DNA from: an uncultured bacterium
GTDB taxonomy: Bacteria; Patescibacteriota; Minisyncoccia; Phycocordibacterales; PALSA-1337
Direction: 5' to 3'
Assembly: GCA_903839725.1 (NCBI GenBank)
Contig: CAIMDG010000002.1
Coordinates: forward strand, 305,117 to 369,116
Length of the DNA stretch: 64,000 nucleotides
The notes under the pieces are model-generated. The model was not told the origin of the DNA and did not search any database. It saw only the letters and a program-made list of their open reading frames with translations. The translations under genes and the position numbers were made by a program. Every line of letters begins with the position of its first letter. Position 1 is the first letter of the stretch. This document shows positions 50,955-62,212 of the stretch, piece after piece.

Positions 50955-53228
50955 TTAGAGTTCAGACTCTTCCTGAACTGGTTCGCTCGGACCTTGCTGT
51001 TCTATTCCTGTACCAACACCACCGATGATGTCACGAGGCTTTGAACCATTTGCAGGACCGATGACACCATGACCTTCGAGTAAGTCCATAAGTTTTGCTG
51101 CACGAGAGTAGCCAATACCGAGTTTACGTTGCAAGAATGAGGTGGAAGCCTTGTTCGCTTCTATCACAGCTTCACGTGCTGGTTCATAGAGCTCATCTTC
51201 TTCATCGAGAGAGTCGCTACTATTCATCGCATCGAATGCTGCCATTGCGCCAGCTTCGGTAGGAGTGAGGTTGATTTCATTCATGATCTCATCTTTGTAT
51301 TCAGCCGCGAGATATTTCACAACGTCTTTCACTTCCTTTTCACTGATGTATGCAGATTGCAAACGCACAGGTTTTGACATTTCACCACCGAGGTAGAGCA
51401 TGTCTCCGGCTCCGAGAAGGTTTTCTGCACCTGGCTGATCGAGAATGGTACGAGAATCGATCTGTGATGATACTTGAAGAGCAACACGAGTAGGGATGTT
51501 TGCTTTGATAAGACCGGTAATAACATTCACACTCGGACGCTGAGTTGAGATGATGAGGTGAATACCGACGGCACGACTCATTTGAGCAAGACGAACGATA
51601 GCTGATTCCAATTCACGAGGATATGTCTGCATAATATCCGCCAATTCATCAATAACGATAACGATGTACGGCATTGTTTCAGGAAGCTTCACATCATCTG
51701 TTGGGCTGCCATCATTCTTCCATTTTTCAAGCGCTGGGGCCAAGATGTTCTTGTGATATGAATCAATATCACGAGCAGAATTCTGTTCGAGTATGTCATA
51801 ACGGCGACTCATCTCCTTGGCACCCCATTTGAGGGCAAGGATGGCCTTCTTGGGGTCAGTGATGACCGGTGTGAGCAGGTGAGGGGTTTTGTTGTAGAGT
51901 GTCAATTCAACACGCTTTGGGTCAATCATGATGAACTTAAGGTTCTCTGGGGAGTTGCGATACAAGAGAGAGGTAATGATGGCGTGAATGGTCACAGATT
52001 TTCCTGAACCAGTAGTACCGGCGATCAGCATGTGAGGAGCTTTGGCAAGATTGGCAAAATGAGCTTTTCCGGCGATGTCTTTTCCGAGAGAAGTGAGGAG
52101 TGGTTTTTCTGAACCCTGATAATCTTGTGAGGCAAGAAGGGTAGCGAGACCGACAGTAGTCTTTGAAGTGTTCGGTACTTCGATACCTACGAGTGACTTG
52201 CCAGGTATTGGAGCTTCGATACGAATAGGGTGAGCAGCGAGGGCAAGAGCAAGATTACTACTCAATCCGGTGATACGAGAAAGTTTAACTCCTTCAGCTG
52301 GTTTCAATGCATAACGAGTCACTGATGGACCAATCGATATCTCATCCATTTCAACGGTAACGCCGAAGTTTTGGAAAGTTCGTTTGATGATGTTTGCGTT
52401 GGCTTTGATATCTCCAGTTTCAGGTTTGCCACGATCCTTCTCAAGTAATGAAAGTGGGGGAGGGGTGAACGGTTTGAGATGAGGTACAACAACTGATGAT
52501 GCGAATGCACTTTCTTCAGCATCACTAAAATCAAGGGTGCCTTTTTTCTTTGCTTTTTCAGCTGCACGTTTCTTTTCTTCGGCAGCGACACGTTGTAGCT
52601 CGATCTGTTTTGCAGAGAGAGTCTCTGTTTCAGATGAAGCCATTCCCGCAACAGCTTTTTCGACTGCGGCTTCTTCGTATGCATCCATCTTTCCATCTTT
52701 AGCTTTAGGTATTTCTTTTTTGTCTTTCTTTAGTTTTTTCCAGATCGCAATATCGTCAAAAGTAAAATACAAATTGAACGTCATGATCACTGAGATGATG
52801 AGAAGTGCTACAAGGAGACATGTTGTCGCGGGAGTATCGAGCATCTTGATGAGAGGGACGGCGATCCATCGTCCAATAACTCCTCCTTCATTGTAGGAAG
52901 CGATGTGTATTGTGCCGAGACCAGCGATGAAGAAAAGTATTACACCGATAATTTTTGTTGCTTCAAGCTTCTTTTTAATTCCCTGCAAGAATGAGATACC
53001 GAGCATCAGGAAAACAACTGGTATAAGGAAATATCCGATACCAAATAATCGAGTAAAAAAGGTATATCCGTATGCCCCTATTGGTCCCGCTTTTCCGAAC
53101 GCAGCTAATAATGATAATAGTGTTAATAAAAATGAGAGAATTGCGAGAATTGCCTGAATCGTTTCATCGCGCATATTGTCCCAAAATCGCATTTTTTCTG
53201 TAATATCTAGATCTTTTTTCTTTGCCAT
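50955..53228 (-). CDS. ftsK: DNA translocase FtsK/SpoIIIE
   Basis: Four N-terminal TM helices, linker, motor domain with HMLIAGTTGSGKSV (Walker A), C-terminal gamma-domain winged helix. Confidence 0.9.
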   Translation of the reverse strand: MAKKKDLDITEKMRFWDNMRDETIQAILAILSFLLTLLSLLAAFGKAGPIGAYGYTFFTRLFGIGYFLIPVVFLMLGISFLQGIKKKLEATKIIGVILFFIAGLGTIHIASYNEGGVIGRWIAVPLIKMLDTPATTCLLVALLIISVIMTFNLYFTFDDIAIWKKLKKDKKEIPKAKDGKMDAYEEAAVEKAVAGMASSETETLSAKQIELQRVAAEEKKRAAEKAKKKGTLDFSDAEESAFASSVVVPHLKPFTPPPLSLLEKDRGKPETGDIKANANIIKRTFQNFGVTVEMDEISIGPSVTRYALKPAEGVKLSRITGLSSNLALALAAHPIRIEAPIPGKSLVGIEVPNTSKTTVGLATLLASQDYQGSEKPLLTSLGKDIAGKAHFANLAKAPHMLIAGTTGSGKSVTIHAIITSLLYRNSPENLKFIMIDPKRVELTLYNKTPHLLTPVITDPKKAILALKWGAKEMSRRYDILEQNSARDIDSYHKNILAPALEKWKNDGSPTDDVKLPETMPYIVIVIDELADIMQTYPRELESAIVRLAQMSRAVGIHLIISTQRPSVNVITGLIKANIPTRVALQVSSQIDSRTILDQPGAENLLGAGDMLYLGGEMSKPVRLQSAYISEKEVKDVVKYLAAEYKDEIMNEINLTPTEAGAMAAFDAMNSSDSLDEEDELYEPAREAVIEANKASTSFLQRKLGIGYSRAAKLMDLLEGHGVIGPANGSKPRDIIGGVGTGIEQQGPSEPVQEESEL

Positions 53229-53329
53229 TTATATATTATACAGCAAAGAGTGATTATAAATAAGAGCAATGTTTGAATCCGCCTCAGCAACACAGTCCTC
53301 ACCGAAACATCCGTTACGTTCTCGTATGA

Positions 53330-53371
53330 GTGCCTAAAGAATTAGATAATGAGACGATATCCCGCTGGGAG
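53330..53371. repeat. second copy of the conserved 43-nt core (GTGCCTAAAGAATTAGATAATGAGACGATATCCCGCTGGGAG)
   Basis: About 90% identical to 35302-35344. Lies in the divergent ftsK / 53552 promoter region. Confidence 0.6.
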
Positions 53372-53551
53372 TTGTTTCATCAGGGAGTGTATTGTGGAGG
53401 TGGTCCACACTCATGGCGTATTCGTAATAGCTTCTGCCACTTGATTCTTTATTCTATTGGACTATAATGGACACATTAGAGACAACATTAAGTCAGGTAT
53501 TTGTAAAAGACAATCAAAGACAAAGTTACTGATTCAAAAAGACAAAGTATT

Positions 53552-54331
53552 ATGGACAATAAAGACATACAAAATCCAAACTCATTCAATGATCCATTAA
53601 ACTGGAAATCACTAGGTTTTTTTAATGTCGAAGAGTATTTGATGTATGTGTTCAAAAAGACAGAGAAGATAACTTCTGCTCTCTATCTCGTCTCAGGCCT
53701 CCTCAAAGACGAAGAACCCCTCAAGTGGGAAATTCGTGATAAAGGTATCGATTTATTGTCTTCGTCTTTTATGGCATCGAGTGCAGTCCCTGGTGACAAG
53801 AATTCAGTTATTCAATCTCTCTTCACCGCGGCACTTGAAACACTTTCACTTCTCAATGTTGCTCGCATTTCTCACCTTATTTCTGACATGAACCATAACA
53901 TCTTGGTTCGTGAGATTGATCAAGTTGTAGTACTACTTAGAGATCGTCTCTCTGCCAATGCTGAGAGTGCGGGATATGTCCTTTCAGAAGGATTCTTTAA
54001 GACGCCAGATTTGTTCAGTAGTGGTTTCAAAAATCCTCAAGCAATCTCAAAGACAAATGTAGGAGATACGCATGGTCAGTCTGCTTCGTACAAGTCCGGT
54101 CACGCAAAGGTTTCTCAAGGACATGTTGATGTGCAAGTCAAAAAGACAAGTAGACAAGAAGCGATCGTGACAATCCTCAAAGGACAGTCGAATCTGACAA
54201 TCAAAGACTTCTCAAAAGTCATCAAAGACTGCAGTGAAAAGACCATTCAGCGTGAGTTGCTCGAATTGGTAGATAAGGGGGTTATCAAGAAGGAGGGGGA
54301 GAGGAGATGGAGTAGGTACTCTTTGAAGTAA
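53552..54331 (+). CDS. hypothetical protein with C-terminal winged-helix DNA-binding-like domain
   Basis: C-terminus TIKDFSKVIKDCSEKTIQRELLELVDKGVIKKEGERRWSRYSL is HTH-like. Confidence 0.4.
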   Translation: MDNKDIQNPNSFNDPLNWKSLGFFNVEEYLMYVFKKTEKITSALYLVSGLLKDEEPLKWEIRDKGIDLLSSSFMASSAVPGDKNSVIQSLFTAALETLSLLNVARISHLISDMNHNILVREIDQVVVLLRDRLSANAESAGYVLSEGFFKTPDLFSSGFKNPQAISKTNVGDTHGQSASYKSGHAKVSQGHVDVQVKKTSRQEAIVTILKGQSNLTIKDFSKVIKDCSEKTIQRELLELVDKGVIKKEGERRWSRYSLK

Positions 54332-54350
54332 GATTCGAGATATAAAGAAT

Positions 54351-54457
54351 CGATGCAAATCTGCAAATGATCGCGAATGACGCGAATGCGTCGCATCCTA
54401 CTCTAGATTCAAGTGAGTTTATTCGCGTCATTCGCATCCATTTGCGTATTTGCATCG
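54351..54457. repeat. iteron-built palindromic element, copy B
   Basis: CGATGCAAATCTGCAAATGATCGCGAATGACGCGAATG ... TTATTCGCGTCATTCGCATCCATTTGCGTATTTGCATCG. Confidence 0.7.
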
Positions 54458-54973
54458 CATATTTTGGGACTTCAATAAAAATAGGGTTTTTTCTTGACTT
54501 TTGACCCTAAATGGCTTAATATAGTCCTATTATCAATAGTAACTAAATAGAGCCATAATTTGCCTAAATCTCAGCATATTTGTGTTATCCACATGTCCTT
54601 TTGCCAGAGTGTGTAATTTCGCGTTATAATGCTTTGTATCGAGTGCGATTCTTGCCTACCCAGGTTCGAACTGCATTCGTCCCAGAGCAATAGTGCTTCG
54701 GGGAGTACGAACTTTGACAAATCAATAAAACGTCAAGTTCGATCGTTCATTATTGAATGATTGATTTCAGACATATTCGAAATATCTTTATTGATATGGA
54801 GATAGTTTGTTTTCAGTTTATCAATAATTTGTTTTGCCACAATATCTTGTATGTGCGTGTCGATACAACGTGCGTTCAAGGTGTGGAATTATTATTAGTA
54901 TTACAAAATTGCATTCATTCTCTATCTTTATTAGTAAACAGAGGACATGCATTAAATTACAAAAAAAATTCGT

Positions 54974-56752
54974 ATGAAAAAGATTTTTATCGCTTCAGGC
55001 GTTGCTCTCGTAGCTTTCGCTACAGTTGCTTCAGCAGCTACTTTCACAAGAAACCTTACAGTAGGTTCTTCAGGTGCTGATGTTACAGCTCTCCAGACAG
55101 CCCTCATCGCAGCTGGTGAATCAATCCCAGCAGGTGCTACAGGTTATTTCGGCTCACAGACACAAGCAGCAGTTAAGGCTTACCAAGTTGCTAAGGGTAT
55201 CGTAAATCCTGGTACAGGATTTGTTGGTCCTTTGACACTCGCCGTTTTGAACGGTGGTTCAGTTGCAACAGCTCCAGCAGGAGTATGTCCAACAGGATTC
55301 GTATGTACAGCAGTTGGTGGCGGAGCAGTTAACAACACAAATGGCGATGGCTCAATCACATTGAGTTCATCATCATATGTTTCATCAAGTCAGACATTGA
55401 AGAAGGGTGATATGGACAAGCCAATCATCTCAGCTACAGCACAAGCTACAGCTGGAAACGTTACAGTTTCTCGTTTCGATGTTCACTTTAACGCACGCCC
55501 ATGGTTGCTCTTCAGTGGCGTAACATTGAAGGATAGTACTGGAAAGGTTCTTGCTACAAAGCAACTTTCAAGTTTCTATGATGCTACAGAAGTTACTATT
55601 GGTCAGGATTACCTCGTCAGATTTGACAATGTCAACGCTGTCGTAACTCCAGGCACAATGACAACATTCGTAGTTACAGCAAACGTTCTCGCCGCAAGTG
55701 ACAAGATCACAGGCCAGACAGTTACTGTAAGTATCCCATCTGGTTCTATCAGAACAATCAACGGAAAGGGTTACACCGATTCTCTTGGTTACAACAGTGG
55801 AAACACAACTTCAGTTACTTTGTCTTCAACAGGTTCAGTAGGAGATCTTAATACTCGCATCAGTGCAAGTACACCAGATTCTCAGACATTCAACATCTCA
55901 ACATCAAACGTTACTACCGACCAAGTTCTCGGAGTATTCGATGTTAAGTTGCAAAATCAGTCTGGTATCCTCAACCAGTTGAGTATCAACATTGGCAACA
56001 GTGTTAGTGCAGCTACTTCAACTTTGTTCCAGAACGTACGTTTGTATGTTGATGGTACAGCAGTTGCAGGTGCTTACTCATTGGCAGCAGGTCAGCCTAC
56101 ATTCACAAACTTGAACATTCCTCTTACAGTAGATGTATGGAAGAGTTTGACAATCAAGGCCGATGTTCTTGCGAGAGCAACAGCTTTCTCAGCTTCATCA
56201 ACAATCATCGCTGATTCAGTTGTAGGTGTTGATAACAACTACAATACTATTACTTTGACAAATGCAAGTAATAGAACAGGTAACGATCTTACATATGTTC
56301 CAAACGCAGGTCTCTCGATCACAAACATCACACCAGCTAAGGGCAATGTAGTTACAGCTTCTAACTCAAGTGTATGGGGTGTTGCATATCCTTCTATCTC
56401 ATTCACAGTTGTGAATACAGGAAACAACCCTATCTACATCAGTAAGACTGCTGCTGTTGCAATTGCAACAACAACATCATCTGGTCCAAACGCTTCAACA
56501 ACAGTTTCATCTGTTACAGCTTCTGGTTCAGTTACTGGTGACACAACCGTTGCTTACATCGTTAACTCATCACGTACATTTACTTACAACTTCACAGTTG
56601 ATAACACAAATGGTACATCAGCAGCTAAGAAGATCTCTCTTACACAAATCAATTACGGCACAGGAGGTGCAGTTGATGGTACAGCAGCAGGTCAGACAGC
56701 AGAGTTGAACGTCAACTACGGTCTCACAAACGCATTCGTACAGATTCCATAA
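54974..56752 (+). CDS. secreted cell-surface protein: signal peptide, peptidoglycan-binding (PG_binding_1-like) domain, long Thr/Ser/Val-rich beta-repeat region
   Basis: MKKIFIASGVALVAFATVASA signal. GSSGADVTALQTAL...GYFGSQTQAAVKAYQ matches the PG-binding helical repeat. Codon usage is biased to GGT/GCT/ACA, suggesting high expression. Terminator 56800-56830. Confidence 0.55.
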   Translation: MKKIFIASGVALVAFATVASAATFTRNLTVGSSGADVTALQTALIAAGESIPAGATGYFGSQTQAAVKAYQVAKGIVNPGTGFVGPLTLAVLNGGSVATAPAGVCPTGFVCTAVGGGAVNNTNGDGSITLSSSSYVSSSQTLKKGDMDKPIISATAQATAGNVTVSRFDVHFNARPWLLFSGVTLKDSTGKVLATKQLSSFYDATEVTIGQDYLVRFDNVNAVVTPGTMTTFVVTANVLAASDKITGQTVTVSIPSGSIRTINGKGYTDSLGYNSGNTTSVTLSSTGSVGDLNTRISASTPDSQTFNISTSNVTTDQVLGVFDVKLQNQSGILNQLSINIGNSVSAATSTLFQNVRLYVDGTAVAGAYSLAAGQPTFTNLNIPLTVDVWKSLTIKADVLARATAFSASSTIIADSVVGVDNNYNTITLTNASNRTGNDLTYVPNAGLSITNITPAKGNVVTASNSSVWGVAYPSISFTVVNTGNNPIYISKTAAVAIATTTSSGPNASTTVSSVTASGSVTGDTTVAYIVNSSRTFTYNFTVDNTNGTSAAKKISLTQINYGTGGAVDGTAAGQTAELNVNYGLTNAFVQIP

Positions 56753-56877
56753 TAGTTGGAAACCTACGATATATAGTTCTAACCTTTGGTTAGTGTTATA
56801 TACAAAAGCCGCCGCAAGGCGGCTTTTGCGTTGGTTGAGTTTTGGTTAATACCTCATCGTGTCAGTAGATAACAAAT

Positions 56878-56918
56878 AAAAAACACCAGAAATCTCAGTT
56901 CTGGTGTTTTTTATTTGT
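56878..56918. terminator. bidirectional rho-independent terminator
   Basis: AAAAAACACCAGAAaTCTCAGTTCTGGTGTTTTTT. Confidence 0.65.
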
Positions 56919-56943
56919 GATAATAATGTGTCTTGTCGTTAGC

Positions 56944-57087
56944 GGCTCCGTATAATATTCAACGCTTTATCTTCTAATGTTGGACCATACTTTTGAACTA
57001 AATATATAGCAACAAACGTTCCGATGAGGATGGCTGTAAAACCGAGTACAAATTTGAAGAATGTTCTATCAAAGGGATTTACCATGT
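56944..57087 (-). CDS. 47-aa membrane peptide (hypothetical)
   Basis: MVNPFDRTFFKFVLGFTAILIGTFVAIYLVQKYGPTLEDKALNIIRS. Size below ORF-track cut-off. Confidence 0.25.
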
Positions 57088-57203
57088 GTGTATTATAGCA
57101 AATATTCTCATAAAAAAATTCATCAATATTTTATTCTTTTTTCACTGAATCTTCATTTCACTTTGATACGCTGAATTTATTATCAATCTAATGTAAATTC
57201 ATT

Positions 57204-60038
57204 ATGAAGTATGTACTAAAAGTGTGTGTAAAATTATCGATTATTATTTCAGCGTTGGTATGGGGGATTTCACATGTTGAAGCGTCTACAGTTGTGCCGA
57301 GTACGCCTATATTGAGCGGTGTAGAGTGGACCGCTTCGGGCAGTCCGTATATTATCGAAAAAAGTGTATACGTAGATCGAAGGGGTAGTCTGACTATCGG
57401 CCCTGGTGTTGAGGTGATGCTGGCGAGTTCGTCGTTGTCTGGAAGGATATATGATCGTCCCAATATATATGTAAACGGGTCTCTAACACTCAATGGAACT
57501 GCGGAGGCTCCAATTTCTATTCATGATGTAGCCGGTATCAATATTGATTTTGGATCACTGGATGCTAAGTACAGTGTTATGGATATGCCTTTGGGTGTAA
57601 ATGCGGTTTCTTCATGGATACATATTGCTTCAAGTACTGTTAAGAATGCTGAGCAGGGTGTTCAGGATATTAATAGTTATATTCAGATAACAAATTCACG
57701 GATAGAACATAATGGTATCGGTGTATATGCGATGCCTGTCGGAGGACCACCTCTGGCCGGGGATAGCAACTCAACTGAAGTTGGTGGTGTTGGAAATGCC
57801 TTTGAAAATAGTCCTATACTGCTGGCCTTGAATGGAACAAAAAATCCTGTTGGTGTTTTCATTTCGAGTTCTACACTAATTGATAATTCAGAGTACGCAA
57901 TCAAAAATGATGGAGCAAACACGGTGCATGCAACCTATAATTGGTGGGGGAGTTCCGATGGTCCAGTGACTGCCACTTCGAGTCTGTTGAATGGGCTTGT
58001 TGAATATGACCCTTGGATAAAGCATGAGAAAGCCTGTTGTTCTAGCGTGCTTTTCATTCCTGGAATTGAAGGTAGTCGTTTGTATTCCGTAACTCCTGCA
58101 CGAGGTACAACGGCTACAAGTACGCGCCGGGTATGGGAACCACACAATAACACTGATGTTGCAAAGTTGTACTTGAATAGTATGGGCTCAAGCACAGATA
58201 CTTCTATATATTCAGATGGACCTATTGATGTGGCATATGGACTTAAAAGTATATATGGTTCATTCATGAAATTTCTTGATACTCTCTCATCACGAAATAT
58301 CGTCACTGAATGGAAATCGTTTGGATATGATTGGAGAAAATCGATTCCAGACATAGTTGCAGGGAATGAGAAAAGAGCTACAACAACACAATCTTTGATC
58401 GGTCTTATTCAAACGATGGCCTCAAGTTCGAAGACTGGTCAGGTAACATTAGTCGCGCACAGTAATGGTGGTTTGGTGGCAAAATATCTCGTGAAAGTAC
58501 TTACGGACTTGGGCAAGAGTAATCTTATAGATTCTGTACTAGGAGTAGCGGTGCCCTATGTAGGTACACCTGAAGCGATTCCCGATCTACTTCATGGATA
58601 TAATCAATCAATTCTCAGTGGGTTAATTTTGAAAGATAGTACTGCACGTAGTCTGGCAGTGAATATGCCAAGCATATATTCGCTCCTACCGTCAGCGGCA
58701 TATTTTGCGAAGGTATTAAGTCCCTCAATTGCATTCGCAAGTACGACAACGACGGGAATAAATAATGGGAGTTATCCCAAGGAATTAAATTCTATTTCAG
58801 CACAAAATTCATTTATTGCAGACACAAATAATGTACGTAAAAATCCAGCAGCGTCAGATACGTCTGTGCCCATAAAAGGGAACCAATTACTTCTCGGTGC
58901 GGCCGGATTGCTCCATGGAATAATTGATTCATTTGTTTGGCCAGAATCTATATCTCACTGGTCAATTCTTGGATGGAATATTCCTACAATCAAAACAGTG
59001 TTCTATCAAAGTACTGATCGTTGCGCACTCGCTCTGGCACATAGAACATGCCCACCACGACTTCTGTACGGTGCTTCAACAACTGCAATGGGTGATGGTA
59101 CGGTCGTTGCACCAAGTGCAGCATATGATACGAGCTCAGTTGTCTCTATTGATTTGAATCGTGTCTCAAAGTTAGAAAATATGAATATTAGTCATGCAAA
59201 TATTCTTGAATCGTCGACAACTCAGAAACAAATAGAAGATATCATCACTCACAAACAGCCCAGTAACGGCCAGTCTTCTATTCCTGGAATTTCTTACGGT
59301 GAACCAGAATATACCAAGGAGCCAACATTTATCGTTGTTCATTCGCAAGGACTGGTCGGCTTGAATGTCTACGATTCGTCTGGTCATCATACCGGTGAAA
59401 TGCCTGTGCCCACTGAGGTGACTGATGATGTAGTAAAGGCGTACGAAGAGACTATTCCTGGAAGTCGATATGAACAACTGGGGGACCAGAATAGATCAAT
59501 ATATATTCCTGATATGAGCGGACGATATTCGATAGTTGCACAAGGTTCTGGCGTGGGTTCATTTGATCTCAGTATTGATCGTGTACAAGGGGACACCATC
59601 TTAGACACAACTCACTTTGATGCTATTCCCGTGACACCAACAACAGTTGCTTCAACTACTATTAGTACTGGTGATACTGGAGTGACTACTACATCATCTT
59701 TGGCATCGTCTACGACAGTACTCACTATCGATGTTTCTGGTGGCGGATCGAATGTGTTGGTAGTACCACCAAATGTACAACCAGATACAACAACGTATTT
59801 GGATATATTTAAGAAATATATTGATAGGATGGACAGTTCACATAAACATTCGAAAGATATTTACAGGAGGATAGAGCGTCTGCAGGAATTATGGAAGAAA
59901 GGTGGACGTATAGATATTCACAAAGGGAAAGAATACGCAGGAAATTGGATGCGTCATATAAGATCAGACAAAGGATTGTTAGAGAAAAAAGATCAAGTGA
60001 TTGACGATATTGATAGATTTATCAGTCAGTTTGAATAG
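57204..60038 (+). CDS. large secreted protein: right-handed beta-helix region followed by alpha/beta-hydrolase (lipase/PGAP1-like, GxSxG) domain
   Basis: Signal peptide. Repeated NxxxxN/HNGIGVYA beta-helix turns. VLFIPGIEGSRLY and LVAHSNGGLVAKYLV nucleophile elbow. Confidence 0.55.
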   Translation: MKYVLKVCVKLSIIISALVWGISHVEASTVVPSTPILSGVEWTASGSPYIIEKSVYVDRRGSLTIGPGVEVMLASSSLSGRIYDRPNIYVNGSLTLNGTAEAPISIHDVAGINIDFGSLDAKYSVMDMPLGVNAVSSWIHIASSTVKNAEQGVQDINSYIQITNSRIEHNGIGVYAMPVGGPPLAGDSNSTEVGGVGNAFENSPILLALNGTKNPVGVFISSSTLIDNSEYAIKNDGANTVHATYNWWGSSDGPVTATSSLLNGLVEYDPWIKHEKACCSSVLFIPGIEGSRLYSVTPARGTTATSTRRVWEPHNNTDVAKLYLNSMGSSTDTSIYSDGPIDVAYGLKSIYGSFMKFLDTLSSRNIVTEWKSFGYDWRKSIPDIVAGNEKRATTTQSLIGLIQTMASSSKTGQVTLVAHSNGGLVAKYLVKVLTDLGKSNLIDSVLGVAVPYVGTPEAIPDLLHGYNQSILSGLILKDSTARSLAVNMPSIYSLLPSAAYFAKVLSPSIAFASTTTTGINNGSYPKELNSISAQNSFIADTNNVRKNPAASDTSVPIKGNQLLLGAAGLLHGIIDSFVWPESISHWSILGWNIPTIKTVFYQSTDRCALALAHRTCPPRLLYGASTTAMGDGTVVAPSAAYDTSSVVSIDLNRVSKLENMNISHANILESSTTQKQIEDIITHKQPSNGQSSIPGISYGEPEYTKEPTFIVVHSQGLVGLNVYDSSGHHTGEMPVPTEVTDDVVKAYEETIPGSRYEQLGDQNRSIYIPDMSGRYSIVAQGSGVGSFDLSIDRVQGDTILDTTHFDAIPVTPTTVASTTISTGDTGVTTTSSLASSTTVLTIDVSGGGSNVLVVPPNVQPDTTTYLDIFKKYIDRMDSSHKHSKDIYRRIERLQELWKKGGRIDIHKGKEYAGNWMRHIRSDKGLLEKKDQVIDDIDRFISQFE

Positions 60039-60121
60039 AACGCTACGAATCTACGAATAACCTGCCTGCCCTGCATGCGCAGGCATGGCATGGCAGGCGT
60101 GAATACAACGGATAGGTATCC

Positions 60122-60160
60122 CAAACAAAAAACCGCCGAGATGGCGGTTTTTTGTTTGGG
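60122..60160. terminator. bidirectional rho-independent terminator
   Basis: CAAACAAAAAACCGCCgagaTGGCGGTTTTTTGTTTG, preceded by a GC-rich palindrome at 60060-60100. Confidence 0.7.
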
Positions 60161-60171
60161 GTGAAAGTGAA

Positions 60172-60564
60172 TTATTTGAACTCAACCTTTCCGCCTGCTG
60201 CTTCGATCTGCTTCTTCAAAGCTTCTGCATCTTCCTTCTTCATACCATCCTTGAGGAGAGTAGGAGCGGCATCAACGAGATCCTTTGCTTCCTTGAGACC
60301 AAGGGCAAGAACTTCCTTGACGATCTTGATAACAGCAATCTTTGTTGCACCTGATGATGCGAGGTGTACTGCAACAGTACTCTTCTCATCACCGGCTGCT
60401 GCTGCGGCTACTGGAGCGGCAACTGCTGTAGCTGCTGCTGAAACGCCGAATTTCTTCTCGAAGAGCTTAACGAGCTCATTCAAATCGAGGACCGACATAG
60501 TTTCAATCGCTTCAACGATTGATTTGAACTTTGCTGGAATTTCTACTGGTGTGTTATTTTCCAT
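60172..60564 (-). CDS. rplL: 50S ribosomal protein L7/L12
   Basis: [26 protein letters not shown], Ala-rich hinge, C-terminal [11 protein letters not shown]...GGKVEFK. Confidence 0.92.
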   Translation of the reverse strand: MENNTPVEIPAKFKSIVEAIETMSVLDLNELVKLFEKKFGVSAAATAVAAPVAAAAAGDEKSTVAVHLASSGATKIAVIKIVKEVLALGLKEAKDLVDAAPTLLKDGMKKEDAEALKKQIEAAGGKVEFK

Positions 60565-60583
60565 GTTTTTATAAATTAGTTAA

Positions 60584-61072
60584 TTATGCTTTCTTCTGTG
60601 CAATCTTATCGAGTGCGACAACCAATCCTTGGATAGGTGAGTTGATGACATTGACGAACATACCGTAGAGAGTTTGAACTGGAGGAATTGATGCGATAAC
60701 AGTCATTTCTTCTTTGTTCATGAACTTTCCTTCGAATACGCCGCCGACGATAGAAACCTGACCTTTGTATTTCTTTTCAAATTCGTACACGCCACGTGCA
60801 GGAGCAACGAGATCTACGCCATATGCGAGACCAAATTCTCCAACGAGAGCGGGTGCAGTACCTGTGTACTTCTTATTTGTTAATGCAATAGAGGTGAGGG
60901 TCTTCTTTGCAACGAAAAATCCAACCTTGTCTGCACGCAACTTGCGACGCATAACTGTTGAATCCGAAACCTTGAGTCCGTGGACGTTCACAAAGACGAG
61001 TGACTGAGCACCGCCCATGATCTTTTCCAATTTCTCAATGATCTCTTTTTTCTGAACTTTTGTTCGAGCCAT
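60584..61072 (-). CDS. rplJ: 50S ribosomal protein L10
   Basis: KKEIIEKLEKIMGGAQSLVFVNVHGLKVSDSTVMRRKLR. Confidence 0.9.
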   Translation of the reverse strand: MARTKVQKKEIIEKLEKIMGGAQSLVFVNVHGLKVSDSTVMRRKLRADKVGFFVAKKTLTSIALTNKKYTGTAPALVGEFGLAYGVDLVAPARGVYEFEKKYKGQVSIVGGVFEGKFMNKEEMTVIASIPPVQTLYGMFVNVINSPIQGLVVALDKIAQKKA

Positions 61073-61308
61073 ATGTTGTTAAATTACAAATTTCAAATAT
61101 CAATTTTCAAACCAGCATTTAGATGTGGTTTGTTTGAACATTGGAATTTGGTTTTTGATATTTCTAGTTGCCTTGGGCAACTGGTTCGACCTTTTATAGG
61201 CCTAATAGAGATGAATACCTCGGAAGGTCTTGTATCCTTATATAAGGATTGCCTTCTGTCTTAGAGCCTTGGGAACAATATTACATGAATTTTGATTAAA
61301 CGCAAATT

Positions 61309-61415
61309 GATGCAAATACGCGAATGTATGCGAATGACGCGAATAGAACGCACAGGAATCGAAAGTCGGATGCGACGTATTCGCGTCATTCGCATACATT
61401 TGCGTATTTACATCG
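61309..61415. repeat. iteron-built palindromic element, copy C (upstream of rplJ, divergent region)
   Basis: GATGCAAATACGCGAATGTATGCGAATGACGCGAATAG ... GTATTCGCGTCATTCGCATACATTTGCGTATTTACATCG. Confidence 0.7.
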
Positions 61416-61458
61416 CTATTTATTTGAAATAATTCTTTATAATGATAGACTACTTCCC

Positions 61459-62085
61459 ATGGACACTCTTACCGCATTATTTGGCAGCGAAACAAAAGTA
61501 AAATTGCTGCGATTATTTTTATTCAATCAAGGAACACCATTTCTCGTAAAAGAATTGGTAGAGAGAACGAAGTGCACATCAGGGTCGCTCAAGAAGGAAC
61601 TTTCTATGCTTGTAAAAGCTGATATCGTTCGTAAGAAAAATGTTTTAAAAGATATAGAGGTTATCAAGAACAAGAAAACAGTATTCAAGAAGCTCAAGGG
61701 GCCGGGTTTTATCTTGAACGACAAATTCCCGTATCTTGATTCGATCAAGAATCTTTTAACTGTTGCAAGTCTGAACGCCGATGATTCTTTGGCAAAGCGC
61801 TTCACCAATGCTGGTCGCGTGAAGTTATTCTTGGCAGCTGGTGTATTTATTCAGAACTGGGATTCACGCGTCGATCTTCTTATTGTCGGCGAAGAACTCA
61901 ATCTTCCTAAAATCGAATCAGTCATCAAGACTATCGAATCTGAAATTGGGAAGGAGATCGCGTATTCTGCATTTGAGACACAAGACTTCGAATATCGTCT
62001 TGGCATACATGATAGGTTGGTGCGGGATATTCTTGATTATCCGCATATAACATTGATCGATAGATTGGGAGTTGAACCACAATAA
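61459..62085 (+). CDS. hypothetical protein (ORF-track N-terminus 61324-61458 runs through the palindromic element and is probably not translated)
   Basis: Start taken as MDTLTALFGSETKVKLLRLF... Confidence 0.4.
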   Translation: MDTLTALFGSETKVKLLRLFLFNQGTPFLVKELVERTKCTSGSLKKELSMLVKADIVRKKNVLKDIEVIKNKKTVFKKLKGPGFILNDKFPYLDSIKNLLTVASLNADDSLAKRFTNAGRVKLFLAAGVFIQNWDSRVDLLIVGEELNLPKIESVIKTIESEIGKEIAYSAFETQDFEYRLGIHDRLVRDILDYPHITLIDRLGVEPQ

Positions 62086-62212
62086 TACAACAGCGAGGTA
62101 TATCCTCGCTGTTTTCGTGTCAGTTGAGTATCCACAGCTATACTTTTGCTTATTATATTCATGCTATAATTAGAGGTATTACAAGAAATAATTAATAGTT
62201 AACGTATATATT

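Noticed and set aside
54640-54720. tRNA-like T-loop GGTTCGAAC and a second GTACGAAC segment in the 54.5-54.8 kb intergenic region.
   Set aside because: No acceptor stem, D-arm or anticodon arm could be formed around it. No tRNA genes were recognised anywhere in the window.
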